A stretch of DNA of 63,970 nt, filler included, from Bipalium vagum (Eukaryota): NCBI GenBank assembly GCA_037834085.1. It is 3 parts of 3 records of this genome, joined end to end, with 100 filler letters (N's around TTAATTAATTAA, not from the genome) between each part and the next. Parts side by side here need not be neighbours in the genome. Positions count along the whole stretch, not along the records: positions 25,428 to 41,004 come from JBBMKC010158874.1; positions 41,105 to 63,970 come from JBBMKC010215582.1; 1 more part is not named here. One strand, 5' to 3'. The position numbers were made by a program, and so were the translations under genes. A model generated the notes under the pieces. That model was not told where the DNA came from and searched no databases. It saw only the letters and a list, made by a program, of their open reading frames with translations. This document shows positions 28,147 to 42,474 of this stretch, one piece after another (within the stretch, counting starts at the first letter, position 1; each line of letters opens with the position of its first letter).

Positions 28147-29687
28147 TCATTTTTGAGACACTCTGTATGTACAAAGGGAGCAGAAAAGCAATTAATAATA
28201 TTATTTTAAATTATATTCTAAAAATAAAATTAAAAAATGATCCCCTAAAAATTAAGAATGACCTTTAATAAGTATAGTTCACAAAATATTATAAAAATTG
28301 TCAATAAAATTTTAAATCCTACTGATACATTTGTATAAATGTATCGATCTTCCCTTTGTGGCCGACAGTTGAAAAACTGAATTAACTTTTGCAGCCGATT
28401 CTTTAAAAAAATAAATTATTTCTAAATTAACATATTACATTGGGTGAACAGTTCTCTTTTCAATAACAAAATCTGTTCTCCAAACCTTTCTTTGAAGGCT
28501 GTCTTCGTTTTGTTTTCGCGCTTTCCGTGTCGGATTAATGGGAGACTTGAGCATTTTTTGATGAATTATCTGTTTTTGAGCTTTGACGGTTAGTCGGTTG
28601 TATTCTATGTCAACTGAGCCTTTGCTTCCTTCGTTCTCCTCCTCAATTTTCCCTTTGATAGTAATTAATTATTCATATTGAGTAAAATTTAATTTAAAAT
28701 ACACCAAATACAATTATAATTATCTTTATAAAATAATATATTATCATTGATAATAATCATAAAAATATATTATAATTATAAAAAATAATATCAAGTGAGA
28801 ATAAAATTCGGTTTGACCCTGTTTTGTTTAAATATGCTATTTAAAATTTAAAGGTTACGAGTTATTAAAAAAATTGTTAATTTTTATTTTATAGTTCTCT
28901 TCAGAGATAAAATTATTGATTGTAAAAAAGATAACAATTTATTTGGCATTTTTACGTCATAAAGTTTATTCACAATCTAACCACATAAAAATTGTAACAG
29001 CCGATTCTTGTAGCCATAAGAGGACTTTCATTTTGTTTATAAATTATTTAGATAAAAATTAATAATCTATCATGAAATAAAAATCAATTTCATTTCACCT
29101 TTAAAATAATTATAATTAATACATTTAAACAAAATAGAACCAAATCGAAATTAACCTTCAAATAACAATGAAAATAAAATTATTAAAATAAATGAACTAA
29201 AATAAATGAATGAATGAAATAAATGAAATAAATATAAATGAAAAAACAGATAATACACACTAAAATAAAAACCTAATCAGAGTATAAAAATTATAATATG
29301 AAATAAGTGTTATAGTTATATTTGATATTTTGTAACACTTTTCGACTCGTTTCACAATGGCAATAGCCAGTCTTTATACCTTTGCAACTCTCATACCCAT
29401 AATGCTCATTAACTTACATGGTGGACTGCTAATTGAATTTTCGGTCTCCTTCATCTCAAAGAATTAGCCGCTTTGTGGATCGGTATGCAATTTGTATCAA
29501 ATATTGATTCTGTAACTAGTCGGTCTTCACAGCAAGTCATCCGTATAATTGTCTATAGACAACGAATGAAAAGTAAGGGGATTTAACATGTCTTAATCTC
29601 ACAAAAGTTTTGAATATGTTTGTATAATTAGAGTTTTGTGTTACATGAAATGAATTAAGTGATCCAGACTATCACAATAGAGATATA

Positions 29688-29995
29688 TTGGGTTGATTCA
29701 TAAGTTCGTGCATTTTTAATGAAAATATTATACGTGTTTTAGAGATAAGAATCAGGCAATCAAACAAATTTTTTACAGAAAAATAAAGACCATTATGTTC
29801 AACTGTCTTAATCCAACGATGGGCAGGTTGCTCGATGTCACTCTGGTACCATGCTTTATCTTTGGAAAGGAAAAATTTACGCATCCATTTGCAACCTGTT
29901 CTATATTCTCAAACTGTCGCCAAATTCTAAGGAAATGAGCCATGATCGGTAAAGGTGATAATTGCTAGCTGCTAGATCTGGACTGAATATTTAGA
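29688..29995 (-). mobile_element. mariner 3' end
   Basis: YSPDLAASNYHLYRSMAHFL-like segment, then FFLSKDKAWYQSDIEQPAHRWIKTVEHNGLYF. TIR ttgggttgattcataagttcgtgc. Confidence 0.85.
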
Positions 29996-32239
29996 AGAAA
30001 TCACAAGAAGAGATATTGGTATTTGAGAGCACTTTTGTTGGAAGGAAAGATCTCCGTCGATAAATATTAAATTGCGATCGTTACATCCTTTTTCAGAAGA
30101 TTTGAAGTAATGTATTGATCAAAACAATGATCCAGATCTTCCATTAGCTAATAAAAGGAACAATAGCTTTGTTTTATTACTTTTCAAGTTCCTCCTATTT
30201 ATGTATATAAATTTTTCATCATCTGTAATGATGATAAGTGTAAGTGAGAAAATGAAGGCAATCTTTTATTGTAAAGGTAAATATAACGTAATTATCCGAT
30301 TTTTGAGCACAGCAAAATGAAAATATTATAATTAAATATATTTAATTTACATTTTTCTAAGAAAAAGAATTTCCGAAATTTAATTTAAGCGTTTAATTGT
30401 TTAAATAAGTCAATTTTACGTAATTTAATTTCGATTAAATTTCAAATTTTATTAATGTTCTGTATTGAAGAAAGAGTGCAAATTGTTTTTGAAAAATAAG
30501 GTGAAATCAGGTACGGTGAAACGGCATTGAGAGTGCTGAAATGGAAAAAATACTTAGAGCGAGTTATTAAGTGAATATATGTTACTGTATTATATCTTAA
30601 AATCGGATACTTAATTTACACTGTGTATTTATATAATTTATTATTATTTTATATTGTTATTTATTTATAGTTTTATTATTAACTCAATCTACTTCGAGAA
30701 AGGCGTCATGTGAGGAAATGACTCTAAATGGGAAAATGCTGTAGGAAAGAGGACTCGTGAATATTATTTTATATCGAATGAAAAACCTCAGTTAAAACAA
30801 AAAGTCATTTTAATATATTCCTGCTTAACTTTTATAAAAAATTATTATTTCTTTTCCGTTTCTTAAAGAAAAGAAATATTTTCGTTAAATATGTTTATAT
30901 AAACAAATCTAAATATACTCAAGTTCTTTAAACTAGAACACATATTACTAACTAATTATATTATTAAATAAATATATTAATAAATATATCACTAAATTTA
31001 TCACTATATATATAATTAAAAATAATTCATTAATAATACAAATTCATATTTCATAATGAATAAATCTTTAGTAAATATGGATTAAAATATCGAAATTTAT
31101 AAAGATAGTAAAATTGAATTAACTAAACAAACCAATGATAAAAATGTTCTCAATTTTATAAATGAAATATAAAATATATTATAAAAATAATAAATTTATT
31201 AATAACAATATGTAAATAATATTTGTAATAAAAATAAAAATTTAATATTTAACAATATTCCGTTAGGTTGTATGACAAAAAAACAATTTTTCCAGCATTT
31301 GAATCTAATTATATATTTTTATATTTGTTTCCTTTTATTTTTTTTCATAAATTAATTTTAAAAAATCAACATAAAAATGTTTTTTATCTCAAATGACAGA
31401 GAAAAAATGTTTATCTAACTCAAGCAGGGATACATTAAAAATATTTTGTTTTAACTGTCATTTGGTCTTTTGTTCAATGTAAAGGAATTATAACTGACGA
31501 GTGCCTTTTCCTTCAGCAGATTCTTAACCACTAAGTGATTCCCAGATAGACATTTTCTCATTAAAAATTCGTATATGCATAAATGTTTGTGAGATCTGTG
31601 TTTAAATGCATTAAACAGTTAAAAGCAAAATCACCCAACCGTGCACTGAGTGAATATGAATTTAGGAAAAGATGCATAACGCACTGCTTTATTTGTCAAT
31701 ATTTTCAAGCTTTTGTTCGAATTTGTCGATTTTGTTTTCGATTCTGTCTTGTCCCAGCAACCGTGACTATGGAGAATTATAAAAAATATAAATAAATAAA
31801 ATTTGATCTTCCCTTTCAGAAAAATTAAAATTGATAATCTTCGAAAAGTCAAAGAAACATATTAAGAAGTCTCTGAAATCTGTGGAGACATGAGAAATCA
31901 ATGTTCGTTCAATATCTTAGTTGCAACATGATCGGATCAGATTATTTTTTGATCGTGTAACATTTCACAATGAGAAAGAAATTGATATATTGTTATAATC
32001 AGATTTTAAAAAATTCGAAAATGTTTTAATATCGATTTTTAAAATAAATAAATAATTAATCTCATAATTGGAAATAATGATTAATGATTAAGCTTGGATT
32101 TTGATGACGTCATAATATTTTCGAAAATTCATATTTCTCTATTTTTATCTTAAAGTCATATTTTATTTTTAAGTCATAAATTTAACGTTTAAGACATGTT
32201 TTAATAAATAAATTTAGTTTTAATTTAGTTAAAATATAG

Positions 32240-32830
32240 AATATTTAAATATTCCAAAAATTAAACCATCGCTATCTCAACATTTGAGAAACACGTGGTA
32301 AATGGATTTGGAAATGACCTATTTCGTACCGATGGAGCAATTATATTTTGCCAAATATGCGACAAGAAGATTGCATCAGAAAAAAATTCCGAGTTGAGCA
32401 ATATGTTTCATCTACGGACCATAAGACAGACTTGAAAGATTAGAAGCTAAGAAACATTCCTTAATAAACTTTTCAACGGTTCAAAATGACAATTCTGTAA
32501 ATTTTCTTTTGACTTATGCCATGCATTTTTGTCTGCAAATATTTCGTTGAGTAAGCTGAATAATTTAAAATTTCGAACATTTTTAGAAAATTACATGGAT
32601 TATTAATTAATCTTCTGAGTCTACTCTAAGAAAGTCGTATGTCAATATTAGTTATGATAAAACAATAAATGGAATACGTTAGATAAAGGATTAATATAAA
32701 AGTTAAGTATTACATAAAAGAAACGACTTCAACTACTCGATTATTTTCATTAAATTAATATTACGTACAATGTTGACTTAATGAATTCAAACAAAACTGA
32801 CACTTTGGCAGTTACTGACAATTATGAGGG
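32240..32830 (+). mobile_element. hAT transposase remnant (CGGBP1-like), internally deleted
   Basis: FRTDGAIIFCQICDKKIASEK, DLCHAFLSANISLSKLNNLKFRTFLENY and ESTLRKSYV motifs. Confidence 0.75.
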
Positions 32831-33250
32831 TAACCTCTTATTTTATATTATAACGAAAAAGACATAAAATACTATAATTAATACAGAACAACAAAAATTG
32901 ACATAAAAATTAGCGGCATGTAAATTTTTAAATCATCTTTGACATTGCTGTACTTATAGGGGTTCAGTGTCATAGGCAACATTTCATATTTGGTAAATTC
33001 CAAGTGCTTCTTTGCCTTTCCGAAAATCAAAATATATTTTATTAATATTTTTCATTTTTATTAATTTTTATCATAAATAACCAGTCGGTCAATTGGAATT
33101 GAAAATTGGGACAGTGTGAGTAGACTGTATATCGAATACGAAGGTATAACCAATTTTTTTAATTTATTTGGTAGTCAAGGGTTTTTAGCGTTACTGGACG
33201 AGCACTATTCACTAAGCAATCGATCTTTCCATATCGAATAAAAAGTATTT

Positions 33251-33780
33251 ATGGTCTGTCTATAAAGTAAAGAGACTGGATCAAAAAAGAATATTAACAC
33301 ACAATAATCATTTATAATATTCATTCATAAAAAACAGTAAAATATTTATTTTGTTTATTTGAATTAAATTCATAAAAATATTTGTTATTTTTTTGAAAAA
33401 ATATTATTTTATTTTAGAATATTGCGTTCTGAAATAGAACAGCGAGTTATCTTGATATTCTTGGTGAAAATAAACAAAACAACAACTGAGAGTTTGCAGA
33501 TGATCATGCAGGTTTATGAAGAGAAATGCATCTCCCGCGCTAGAGTGTTCGAGTCCCTGAATCACTGAAGGTCGTCAGAAGGTGGAAGATAGCAAACGCC
33601 CTGGAAACCGACAACGTCAAGAACCAGCGAAAAAACTGAAAAGATCGGCCAGATTGTTCGGGCAGACCGTTGACTGAGTGTCCGAATGATTTCTGAGATG
33701 ACTAACATTGGTATATACACTGTGGAGGTATTTTTCCAGAGGAGGGATCTCAATCCAATTACGGTGTGACTCAGAGAATA
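33251..33780 (+). mobile_element. mariner 5' end (TIR + HTH)
   Basis: TIR-like ggtctgtctataaagtaaagagactg. EQRVILIFLVKINKTTTESLQMIMQVY...SRARVFE...VEDSKRPG. Confidence 0.8.
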
Positions 33781-36099
33781 TTAACAAAATGTCAATTTTA
33801 AAATATTTATTTATATATAACGCACTATAAAATAATAAATATAAATAATACATATATTCAATGTTCCGAAATTCTCCATCAACCTGGCCAATAACAAAGG
33901 ATAATATCTCATGATGAAAGTAAACAAGTGAGTCTAGAAGATAAATAAATATATTATTTATTAAAATATAATTAATTTATCATTTTAGTTATAAGTTTAA
34001 AATTATTATTATTTTATCATGTAGGTAAGCTGGTTTCCAGATCAATACTTGTGATCATTTTAAGTATAATATTAATGAGAGAGGTTCATGTAACTGAAAT
34101 GTAAGTAGTTTCAGGAATCATTGGACTAAAATATCGAGATTTTTGTTTAAATGAAATGCTGATTTAAAGAAATAATTGTTTTTCTTCTAGACATTATTGG
34201 ACCATTGGAGTCTCTAAACACGTTCCTCCTGAAGAGATTGTTGACCTGGGGCAGTCTTATTTGTCTCTCACTGCCGTTAGGGGCACTTATATTAATTTTT
34301 TCCTCTTCACATTTTACTTAATTTTTCTTTCTTTTTCTGGGTTGGCAATTCGGAGCACTTAAAGCTCTCAAGTGAAACTTGACTCAAAATAAATTAACAA
34401 AGATAAAAATATTGATACTTCCAGTCTAAAAGTATGAGGTCCAATTTAGTCTTTTATTCTTTTTGTTTTATTTAAAGTTAAGTGAGGACAGGATTTTTTT
34501 TATTTATATAATATCTTTTTGCGAGTTTTTTCGTGTTTCTTACAATAAAGATCTCAAAGCTCTCTTGATCGGGAAAACCCTCCGTAAAACCATGAAATTG
34601 AAGGCTGTACAGATATATTAGTTTGTAAACATGAATTAAATAACCATAAATTAAATTCTAATTAATTTAGAATTATTATTATATGTTTTCATTGGACTAA
34701 AAGATAATCTTTATATTTATATTTATTAATAATAATTACATAATAATATTATATATTTAATAATAATATTTAAAATTTTGTTTTAAACTTATAAAAATTA
34801 TTTAGGTCGTCTTTAGTTTGGTAAATTTTTTAATTTTTTTTAATACAATGCCACCAATCGCTACTTTTTAAAGGCTATTTCCTTCGATAGTCTAAAATTT
34901 CCTAAACTATGTTACAATTAACTCGACGACGAGAATTGGTACATAAACTATTCTATTAATAATTAATTTTTATCTGGACGGCGTACTAAATCAGTACTTG
35001 TATTTTAGGTATATTATGGATAATTAATTATTATCTCGACGATGAGATAAATTTTTATTTTTACAAGTTTTAAAATTATCATTATCAATAATTAATTAAT
35101 ATTATTATTGATATTTAGTGGTCTTGCCTTTGTCGAACCCATTAATATAATAGATATGGGATCATCATTAAGATGAATACTAAAGTTATTATTTATGGAT
35201 AATTTATAAAAGGAAATGGAAATCTTTTAATAAAATTGACTATTGGTATAATAAATGTACGTTGATAATGTATTCCTAGCATTCAGTAAGGAAAATACAT
35301 TGATCCATTCCTGGAATATATACTAAGCAACGGGATATGAAATTGAAAATCCCAAATAATAATAAATTACCATTTTTATATGCATTATTAAAAAAAAACG
35401 AAAACAACAGATTAAATTATTAATTTAAGATAATTTTATTTAGTTGAAACAGTCAAAATTGGAATAAGGCAGCATTCCACAAAAAATGGAAAACAGAAAG
35501 TATTGATAATTGTTTGAATTATAAAGAGGGAACCAGATAAAATATGCAAATGAACATCGTATTTCTCTGATAATTTATTCGGATAGATATTGAAAAAATA
35601 AAGAAAATTTTGAGTTAATCGTTTAAATTAAAATGATAAAAAATGCGATTAATTCATATTTGAGAAAGCCAAAATAAATGGATAAATAATGCTTAATCAA
35701 TTGAAATTTGATTTAATTGCTCAAGGTCATTTGGTTGTTTATTTAAATCAATTATAAAACTGAATATAATTTTTTATTAATTTGTAAGCACATTTGTTTT
35801 AACGCCACATGTTTGTGTGTGTAAATATTATATAGTTAAATATTTATAATTTTTTTTAAAAAATTTAATTTGCTACAAAAAAGATAAAATTAGTTTTTTT
35901 AAAAATAAATTCCATCTTATTTCTTATCAAATTGATTATTTAAAACAAATTCCTTTCGGTGGCATTGAAATTAAACGAGATCTGTTTTCTCAATTATACG
36001 TTTTAATTAATTAAAAAAAATTATAATAAAAGGAATAATTTTTAAAAATTTTAAACTCAAAAATTCTTTGTGCACACCATTAATATGTGATTTATAACA

Positions 36100-36750
36100 A
36101 TGAAAATATAAAATATTAACATTGAATGAAGTGCTGTTGGACGAGAGATACGTCATAACAATGTTTTTTTCGAAGATACATCATCTTGGAATAACCGTGA
36201 CTCCCTCAGCTTATTTGAACGATTATAGGGCTTACATGGGACAATACAAAAAATGGTGGAATGGTAAATGGACAATTACCAAATCAGAATTATCAAAGAT
36301 ACTAGAAGGAAAGTTAGTAGTGAGGTACGATGTTAGAAAAGTATAAGAAACTGTTAGGATAGACTTTAGTTCGATTCGAAGATTCTTGGATCTTGCGAAA
36401 CTGCCTTTAATCAACACAGATAGACCTATAAGAGATGACAGTGTCATTACATAAGCTTTTCCAATATTATGTTAATCAAAAGATGTTGGAGAAAAGAGAG
36501 CACGATGCTCTGAAACAAAACGTATCATTCATGTTGAAGGTGTGGACAGAATTATTGACCGTCAATTTTGTTTGAGTAATTCTTTCAAATATTCATTTTA
36601 GACGAAACTAATTGGCTTTCCAAGTTTATCATTGCCAAGATTTGTGTCTCTCTCTTTAAGCATTTTAAATTATAGTTAAACTGTACATACGTCAAAAGTA
36701 TTATTTCCAAAAGCTCATCTGATGTTCTTAATCAATTGTTAAACCTTATG
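36100..36750 (+). mobile_element. Possible hAT transposase remnant
   Basis: Fragments such as FFSKIHHL and VSFMLKVWTELL resemble the middle of hAT transposases. Very decayed. Confidence 0.3.
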
Positions 36751-36861
36751 GACAAATTTTAATTCATACAGGAAAATAGATCTAAAATTGCAGTTATTCA
36801 TCTTAACCATTGATAATATAAAATGATAACATATTATTACTTGTAAATTTTAAATAAGCTA

Positions 36862-38083
36862 TTAGTTTGTCCCTAAAGTTCATGATCACTTTTTGAAATT
36901 GTAATATTTAAAGGTAAATTGTTTAAATAGTCTAATAAATTAAACTTAGTCACAGTTACTTTGAAAAGACACGATAACAAGTTATATGTGCTAGAAAAAA
37001 ATATATTGATGTAATACGTTTTTCTTAGTATTACAGAATGTTATGAAAGTTGATCAAAACTATAATATTAATCCTATTACTCCATTATTGGAAAAAAGAA
37101 TTCAGTGCCAAATCCTGCTGTAGGAGACAAATTCGCCAGTAAAAGCGCAACTACTTAATGTTTTAAAAGATTCAATTCGGGCAATACGGATCTTAATGGT
37201 GAGTCACGTTCTGAAAGACCCTCAACAGTTGATTAAAGCAATTATGTATTCTTTTGATGAAAATCCCTGTATTAAAAATATTCAGAAGACTTTAAGATGA
37301 AGTTCAAATTCTGAAATCTTCATTACATCACAAACCTTTGTCTCATGGAAAGTTAAAACGGAGATGAAAAGTTGTTCTGTATGATATGACTCCAGATTAA
37401 GCGGAAAAACGTTTGTAAATATTTGAAAAACTCCTTCTCTACCAAAATGATGAACTATTTTTAAAAACTATCGTTATTTGCTTACTTTCGGAATCCAAAC
37501 TTGCGAGATCAGTAGTTAACCCCTAATTAGACTCCCATGCCAAGTGTCAACAATTTGAACACAATGTTTTGTTGGAATTACGAAGACCCAATAGAAATTG
37601 AATTGGTTCAAAATGGACGTACAATAACAGCACAGTTTTATGTTGAAAGATGCAAAGTATGTATGAAATCATTGCGGCCAAATACACAGTTCTAATAATC
37701 ATGAAAATGAAATTGGTACATCAGGACAATGCTCTTCCACATGTTGCTTATAAAACCAAAAATAAATAAGGGAACTAGAATGGGTTAAAGTAATATCACA
37801 TCCATCATATAGTCCGGATCTTGCATTTTCAGATTATTATTTCTCTCATTCTATGACTCTGCAAGGAAAAAGTTTTCAAAATGTAGAAGTGAGAACTGGT
37901 ATCACTGATTTTTTGTATTAAAGTCCAAAGAGTGGTACATGAATAAATTAAGTGGTAGATGGTAAAAAAGACAATTAAATACAACGGATTATATTTTGAA
38001 AACTGATTCATGTTGTAAATGTCATAATAAAAACATTGTTTTAATTCCATATTGTAGTCACCACTAACTTTTGGCACACCATA
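36862..38083 (+). mobile_element. mariner element, decayed, near full length
   Basis: RFNSGNTDLNGESRSERPS, HQDNALPHVA and HPSYSPDLAFSDY motifs; TIR-like ends. Confidence 0.85.
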
Positions 38084-39114
38084 ATATCAAACATTCAAAT
38101 TAATGACTTCCTCGATGATTAAAATTAGCTTAAGCAAACCAATCATAAAAAAGAAATTTATTAATTGAACAATCTAAGAAATATAAAACGATATTGATTT
38201 TTTTTAGAAATGAATTGATTTCTTTAATTTGGATAAGTTAATTTGGCCCAATAATAATGAAGAAAATAATAAAATGAAAATTGTTTTATTTAGAAATATA
38301 TCAGAATATGTTCATCAAAGATGATTAGAAATAAATAAATAAATATTATATAATATATAATTTTAATATTTACTCATTGAGCCTTGTCACCCTCTGCTTG
38401 AGAATCATCAAATGTTTACATTTGTTATAAAAATAATCAAATTATTTCTATCTGGAATTTCTTTAGTTTTTTAAAAAATAAACATTTACAAAGCAGTGTT
38501 GAAAAATATTTTTAAAAACAAACAAAAATTTTTGAAATTGTATATCTTCCTGTAACAGGAATCTCGTACAGGAGACAGAGAAGGAGAGGGGTGATTTCTT
38601 GTTTAATATATTACAGAATATACATTTGCAGGGCGTAGGGTTTCTGAATTCTATTAGAAAAGTAAGCAAATTTCTCTTAAAAGATTAAGAAAAGTACATG
38701 TTAATTCTGAACCACAGTCTTAATGTCTTTGCAATTGAAATGTCGATCTTCCCCACTGTAATAAGGAAGCTCTTGTTTAATGATATATCTAGCGGGAGAT
38801 GAATTATGTCATGTATAGATCACAAACATTGATGTGTGCTATACTTCATTTTGAAATGATATTGTTCCATTCAACAGGACGTAGGGGAATGACAGAGTTC
38901 TCTATGATAATGTTTGAAACGATTTCAGGATTTACTTGAGATATTTTCGTATAATTGTTATGCATTTAGCATTCTACAATCTGGAACATAAATTCATTAA
39001 TTCCTGTACAGTGTTTCACGAAAGGACAGTTGTGCAGTATTATTACAGGGACAGGACTTACAGAAATCACAATTAGTTAAGTATTAGGAGGTTTCATATA
39101 TTGTAATAAAATGT

Positions 39115-39750
39115 AAAGATCTGAAAGTACATGCAGTACTGCATCATGAGTAAACATTTATTCAATAAAACTGTCACCATTTGAATCAATTGTTTGTTGT
39201 CGGCGGTCAGGTAAATTAAAATGTCTCTTTTTGATAAAAGACATTATTTTTACAAACTAGAAAATTCTGGAGGGCCAAATGGCAGAAGCTCAGTATATGT
39301 ATCGATTTTTGCTCATGAAGTTGTTCGAAATTATGAAATGGCGGAAATCGACTGGCTGATAAATTGGGTGGGCCAGAGATTTGTCCCACGGGCAGCAATT
39401 TAGCTATAACAATGTGTCGCCGGACGTTATGTTGCAGCAGAATAGATTTATGAATATTCACAAAAGAACAGTTTATAAAACGGCTTTTTGTTCATTTCTT
39501 CAATTTCTTTACAATAAGAATCCATTATAATGCTTTCACCAGGTTTGAGGAACTTTTCATGTAAAAACCTTTTACATGAATTCGTCACCTGTATTTGTCG
39601 AATTTTATGAATTAATGTCAATTTCTTAGGGACATGTCCAGGTTCTTCAATATGTCAATCTTTTTAATCTGACGACCTTTGAAGGCTGCGAATAGCTTTA
39701 ACGTCTGCACAATACATAATGCTTTAGTCGAACCTCATCATCATTTTGAC
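39115..39750 (-). mobile_element. mariner remnant
   Basis: FLKPGESIIMDSYCKEIEEM and ILLQHNVRRH motifs on the minus strand. Confidence 0.65.
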
Positions 39751-40933
39751 TTATAAATAACTTCTTTTTTTTCATTAACATCTTGGTAATATGATGTTAG
39801 TATGGGAATTGTGAATGTTTGGCGATCGAATTGGCCAGGGTTTTTAATATTAGTACTGTAAAATGATAATACTGTCATACTATCAACTGAAATGGTCCTG
39901 AATCAAAATCCTAGTTTGAGACGCGGGTTTAATTTGGTATGTTAATAAAATTTATTTATTTCCAATAAGTCAAATGATGATGAAGCTTCATAACTTTAAG
40001 TCAGGGATCGTCCTCCGCTCAACAGAGAATCAAGTCTTTGATGACTGCCGCGAGGCCTAAATCGGATTCTAACGGGACCGGGGCTGAAGTCAACATTAAA
40101 TCGTGTTTCTCTTAAATGACTTCGCAGTATTGTAAATAGATTTCCTTGATCTGATCACGAGGAAATCTTTTTAGGTTGTAATAATATCAATATGTGGTAC
40201 TGATCATGAAGGTAAAGGTTGAGGTTTAATGACGATATTTGTATAAGGCTGTGATCTAAATAAAATGTACTCTCTTAAATTATCCATTTGGTAGGGCTTT
40301 AGTTGGGATATGAAAACCACCATAAAAAGTGTCGAGTGCAGTAGATAGGTTGGTTAATATTTCGTCTCAGATTATTGCTTCAGTACATCATGTGGTCTAA
40401 ATGACAACACGGAGTCTTTCCCTACCATAGGTATTTCAAAGTATTGTGATAACTACCATAAGCTGACAGTAAGAGCATAAAGCGAGACTACAAAATTAAT
40501 TGTTATTGATGCGCACCTAAGAATATAAGGTTAAATATTCTTACGGTGACCGCTTGATCAGATCAGATCGCATTTTATAAAATAACAAGGTACATAAAAG
40601 GATGTTTCAAAACCAAGGAAATGTAATCTGTGAAAATGATGATGTATTTGAGGCTGTTGATCTTTATCCGGAAATTCATTTCGTCCCAGTTAATTTTGCT
40701 CATTTTTTTTATATTTTAAATAAAATAATAATTATTTTTATTATTTCATATCGCGATAAATCTGTAAAATAAGCTTTAAACTAATTAGAGATACGATGGA
40801 CTGATGTCTCTGGGCTTCATGAACAATGATTAAGTATACTACATTTTATGTGATTTATATTATTTATTTATTTATTTTAAATTTAGTTAAATACAACAGG
40901 TAACATATTACGATATAAAAAGGATATAAACTA

Positions 40934-41004
<71 letters not shown>
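40934..41004. repeat. (ATT)n microsatellite at a gap edge
   Basis: Perfect att repeat ending at the N run. Confidence 0.95.
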
Positions 41005-41104
41005 NNNNNNNNNNNNNNNNNNNNNNNNNNNNNNNNNNNNNNNNNNNNTTAATTAATTAANNNNNNNNNNNNNNNNNNNNNNNNNNNNNNNNNNNNNNNN
41101 NNNN
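41005..41104. other. Scaffold gap with artificial six-frame-stop spacer
   Basis: 44 N + TTAATTAATTAA + 44 N. Confidence 0.97.
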
Positions 41105-41289
41105 ATTTATCAGATTCGTTGTTTTACTTCAGGGCGTCTGCACATTTCCTGGTGTAGATTGAATATCTTCTTTAATTAAAAATATATTGTCATTTTAATT
41201 TTAGTAAAAGAAAAACTTTTTAAAAAGTTGTAAAAAGTGTATTAAAATAAAATTTTTAAAAATTGTTTTGTTGTGATCAGTACACTACC

Positions 41290-41879
41290 TTAGGAGTCAG
41301 ATTAGGATAAGTTGTACACATCCTCACTCTCACAAAACTTAACACCACAAACAGTGGCAAAGCCGAAATAGCAGCCAAATAAGGTCATGCTTTTCATCTG
41401 GTTGGATTACAGAGGAATCATCTACCAAGAAATGCTCCAACCAGGTCCAAATGTTGACTCTTCTCTACTATCAACAATTAACTAGAGTACAGCAACGAAT
41501 TGCAATAAAGCGGATTTTCTTCACTGAAATGCAATACCACGTGTCTTTGATGAATCAATAAAAAAAGATCTTGATTGGGAAATTTTGTTGCATCCTCCAT
41601 GGAGACCTGATGTTGTGTCGTCAGAATATCATTTTTTTCATGCACTGCAGAACTTCCTTGATGTTGTAAAATTGAATTCAAAGGACACAGAAAACCACTC
41701 ATCTTAGTTTTCAGCGTAAAATCCTAGTTCTACAATGACGGAATTCTCACTTTACCAAAGAAATGGCAGGACATTTTCGACCAAGATGGTGCATATGCAA
41801 TTTAATAAAGTTCTGAAATTGTCTGTTTCTTACGTTTTTCATATTGCTAAAATCGGCAGAAATATTTTAGACAAACCAA
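41290..41879 (+). mobile_element. mariner 3' half
   Basis: WDYRGIIYQEML, HPPWRPDVVSSEYHFFHALQNFL and LPKKWQDIFDQDGAY motifs; TIR-like end. Confidence 0.85.
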
Positions 41880-42474
41880 TATAATTATATAGAAATAATA
41901 TATAATTCCTAAAATCCTATAAAATCAAGATGTCGTAATTGATTCTAATCTCTTTATGTCTAACAAATAAAGATAAAACCGTGGCTCAAACATTCTAAAT
42001 ACTTTTCTAAAGAATATCGAAATACAACTTTTTATATTGTTTTAAAACCGAAGAATTGAAAATGGAGAAAACAATCAATAATCATTAACATGAATTTTTA
42101 TTTGAAAAAGGAGATGAGAAAAGTAAAAAAATGATCCCTATTAACATAAGAATGAGCAAATTACAAAGCCAACAATATTGATTATTTTATAACTTCAGTT
42201 AAAATCAATAAATAACACAGATTAAATTGTGCAAAGCTTTCCTTCCTCTCATCTCACAGAATTGATTGACAAAATAGAAATCATAGTCGCAAAAATATTT
42301 TCCAAAAAACTATAGAACCGAAAAACATCAATATTCTTATCACACTGAACACAAACGAGAGAAACTGAACCATTAAAAAACAAAGTCATATATTAGAAAA
42401 ATAATTACAGAATATATATGTCAGCAAAATATGAAATCACGACCTTTTTACAGCCAAAGACAAAAGACACAAAA

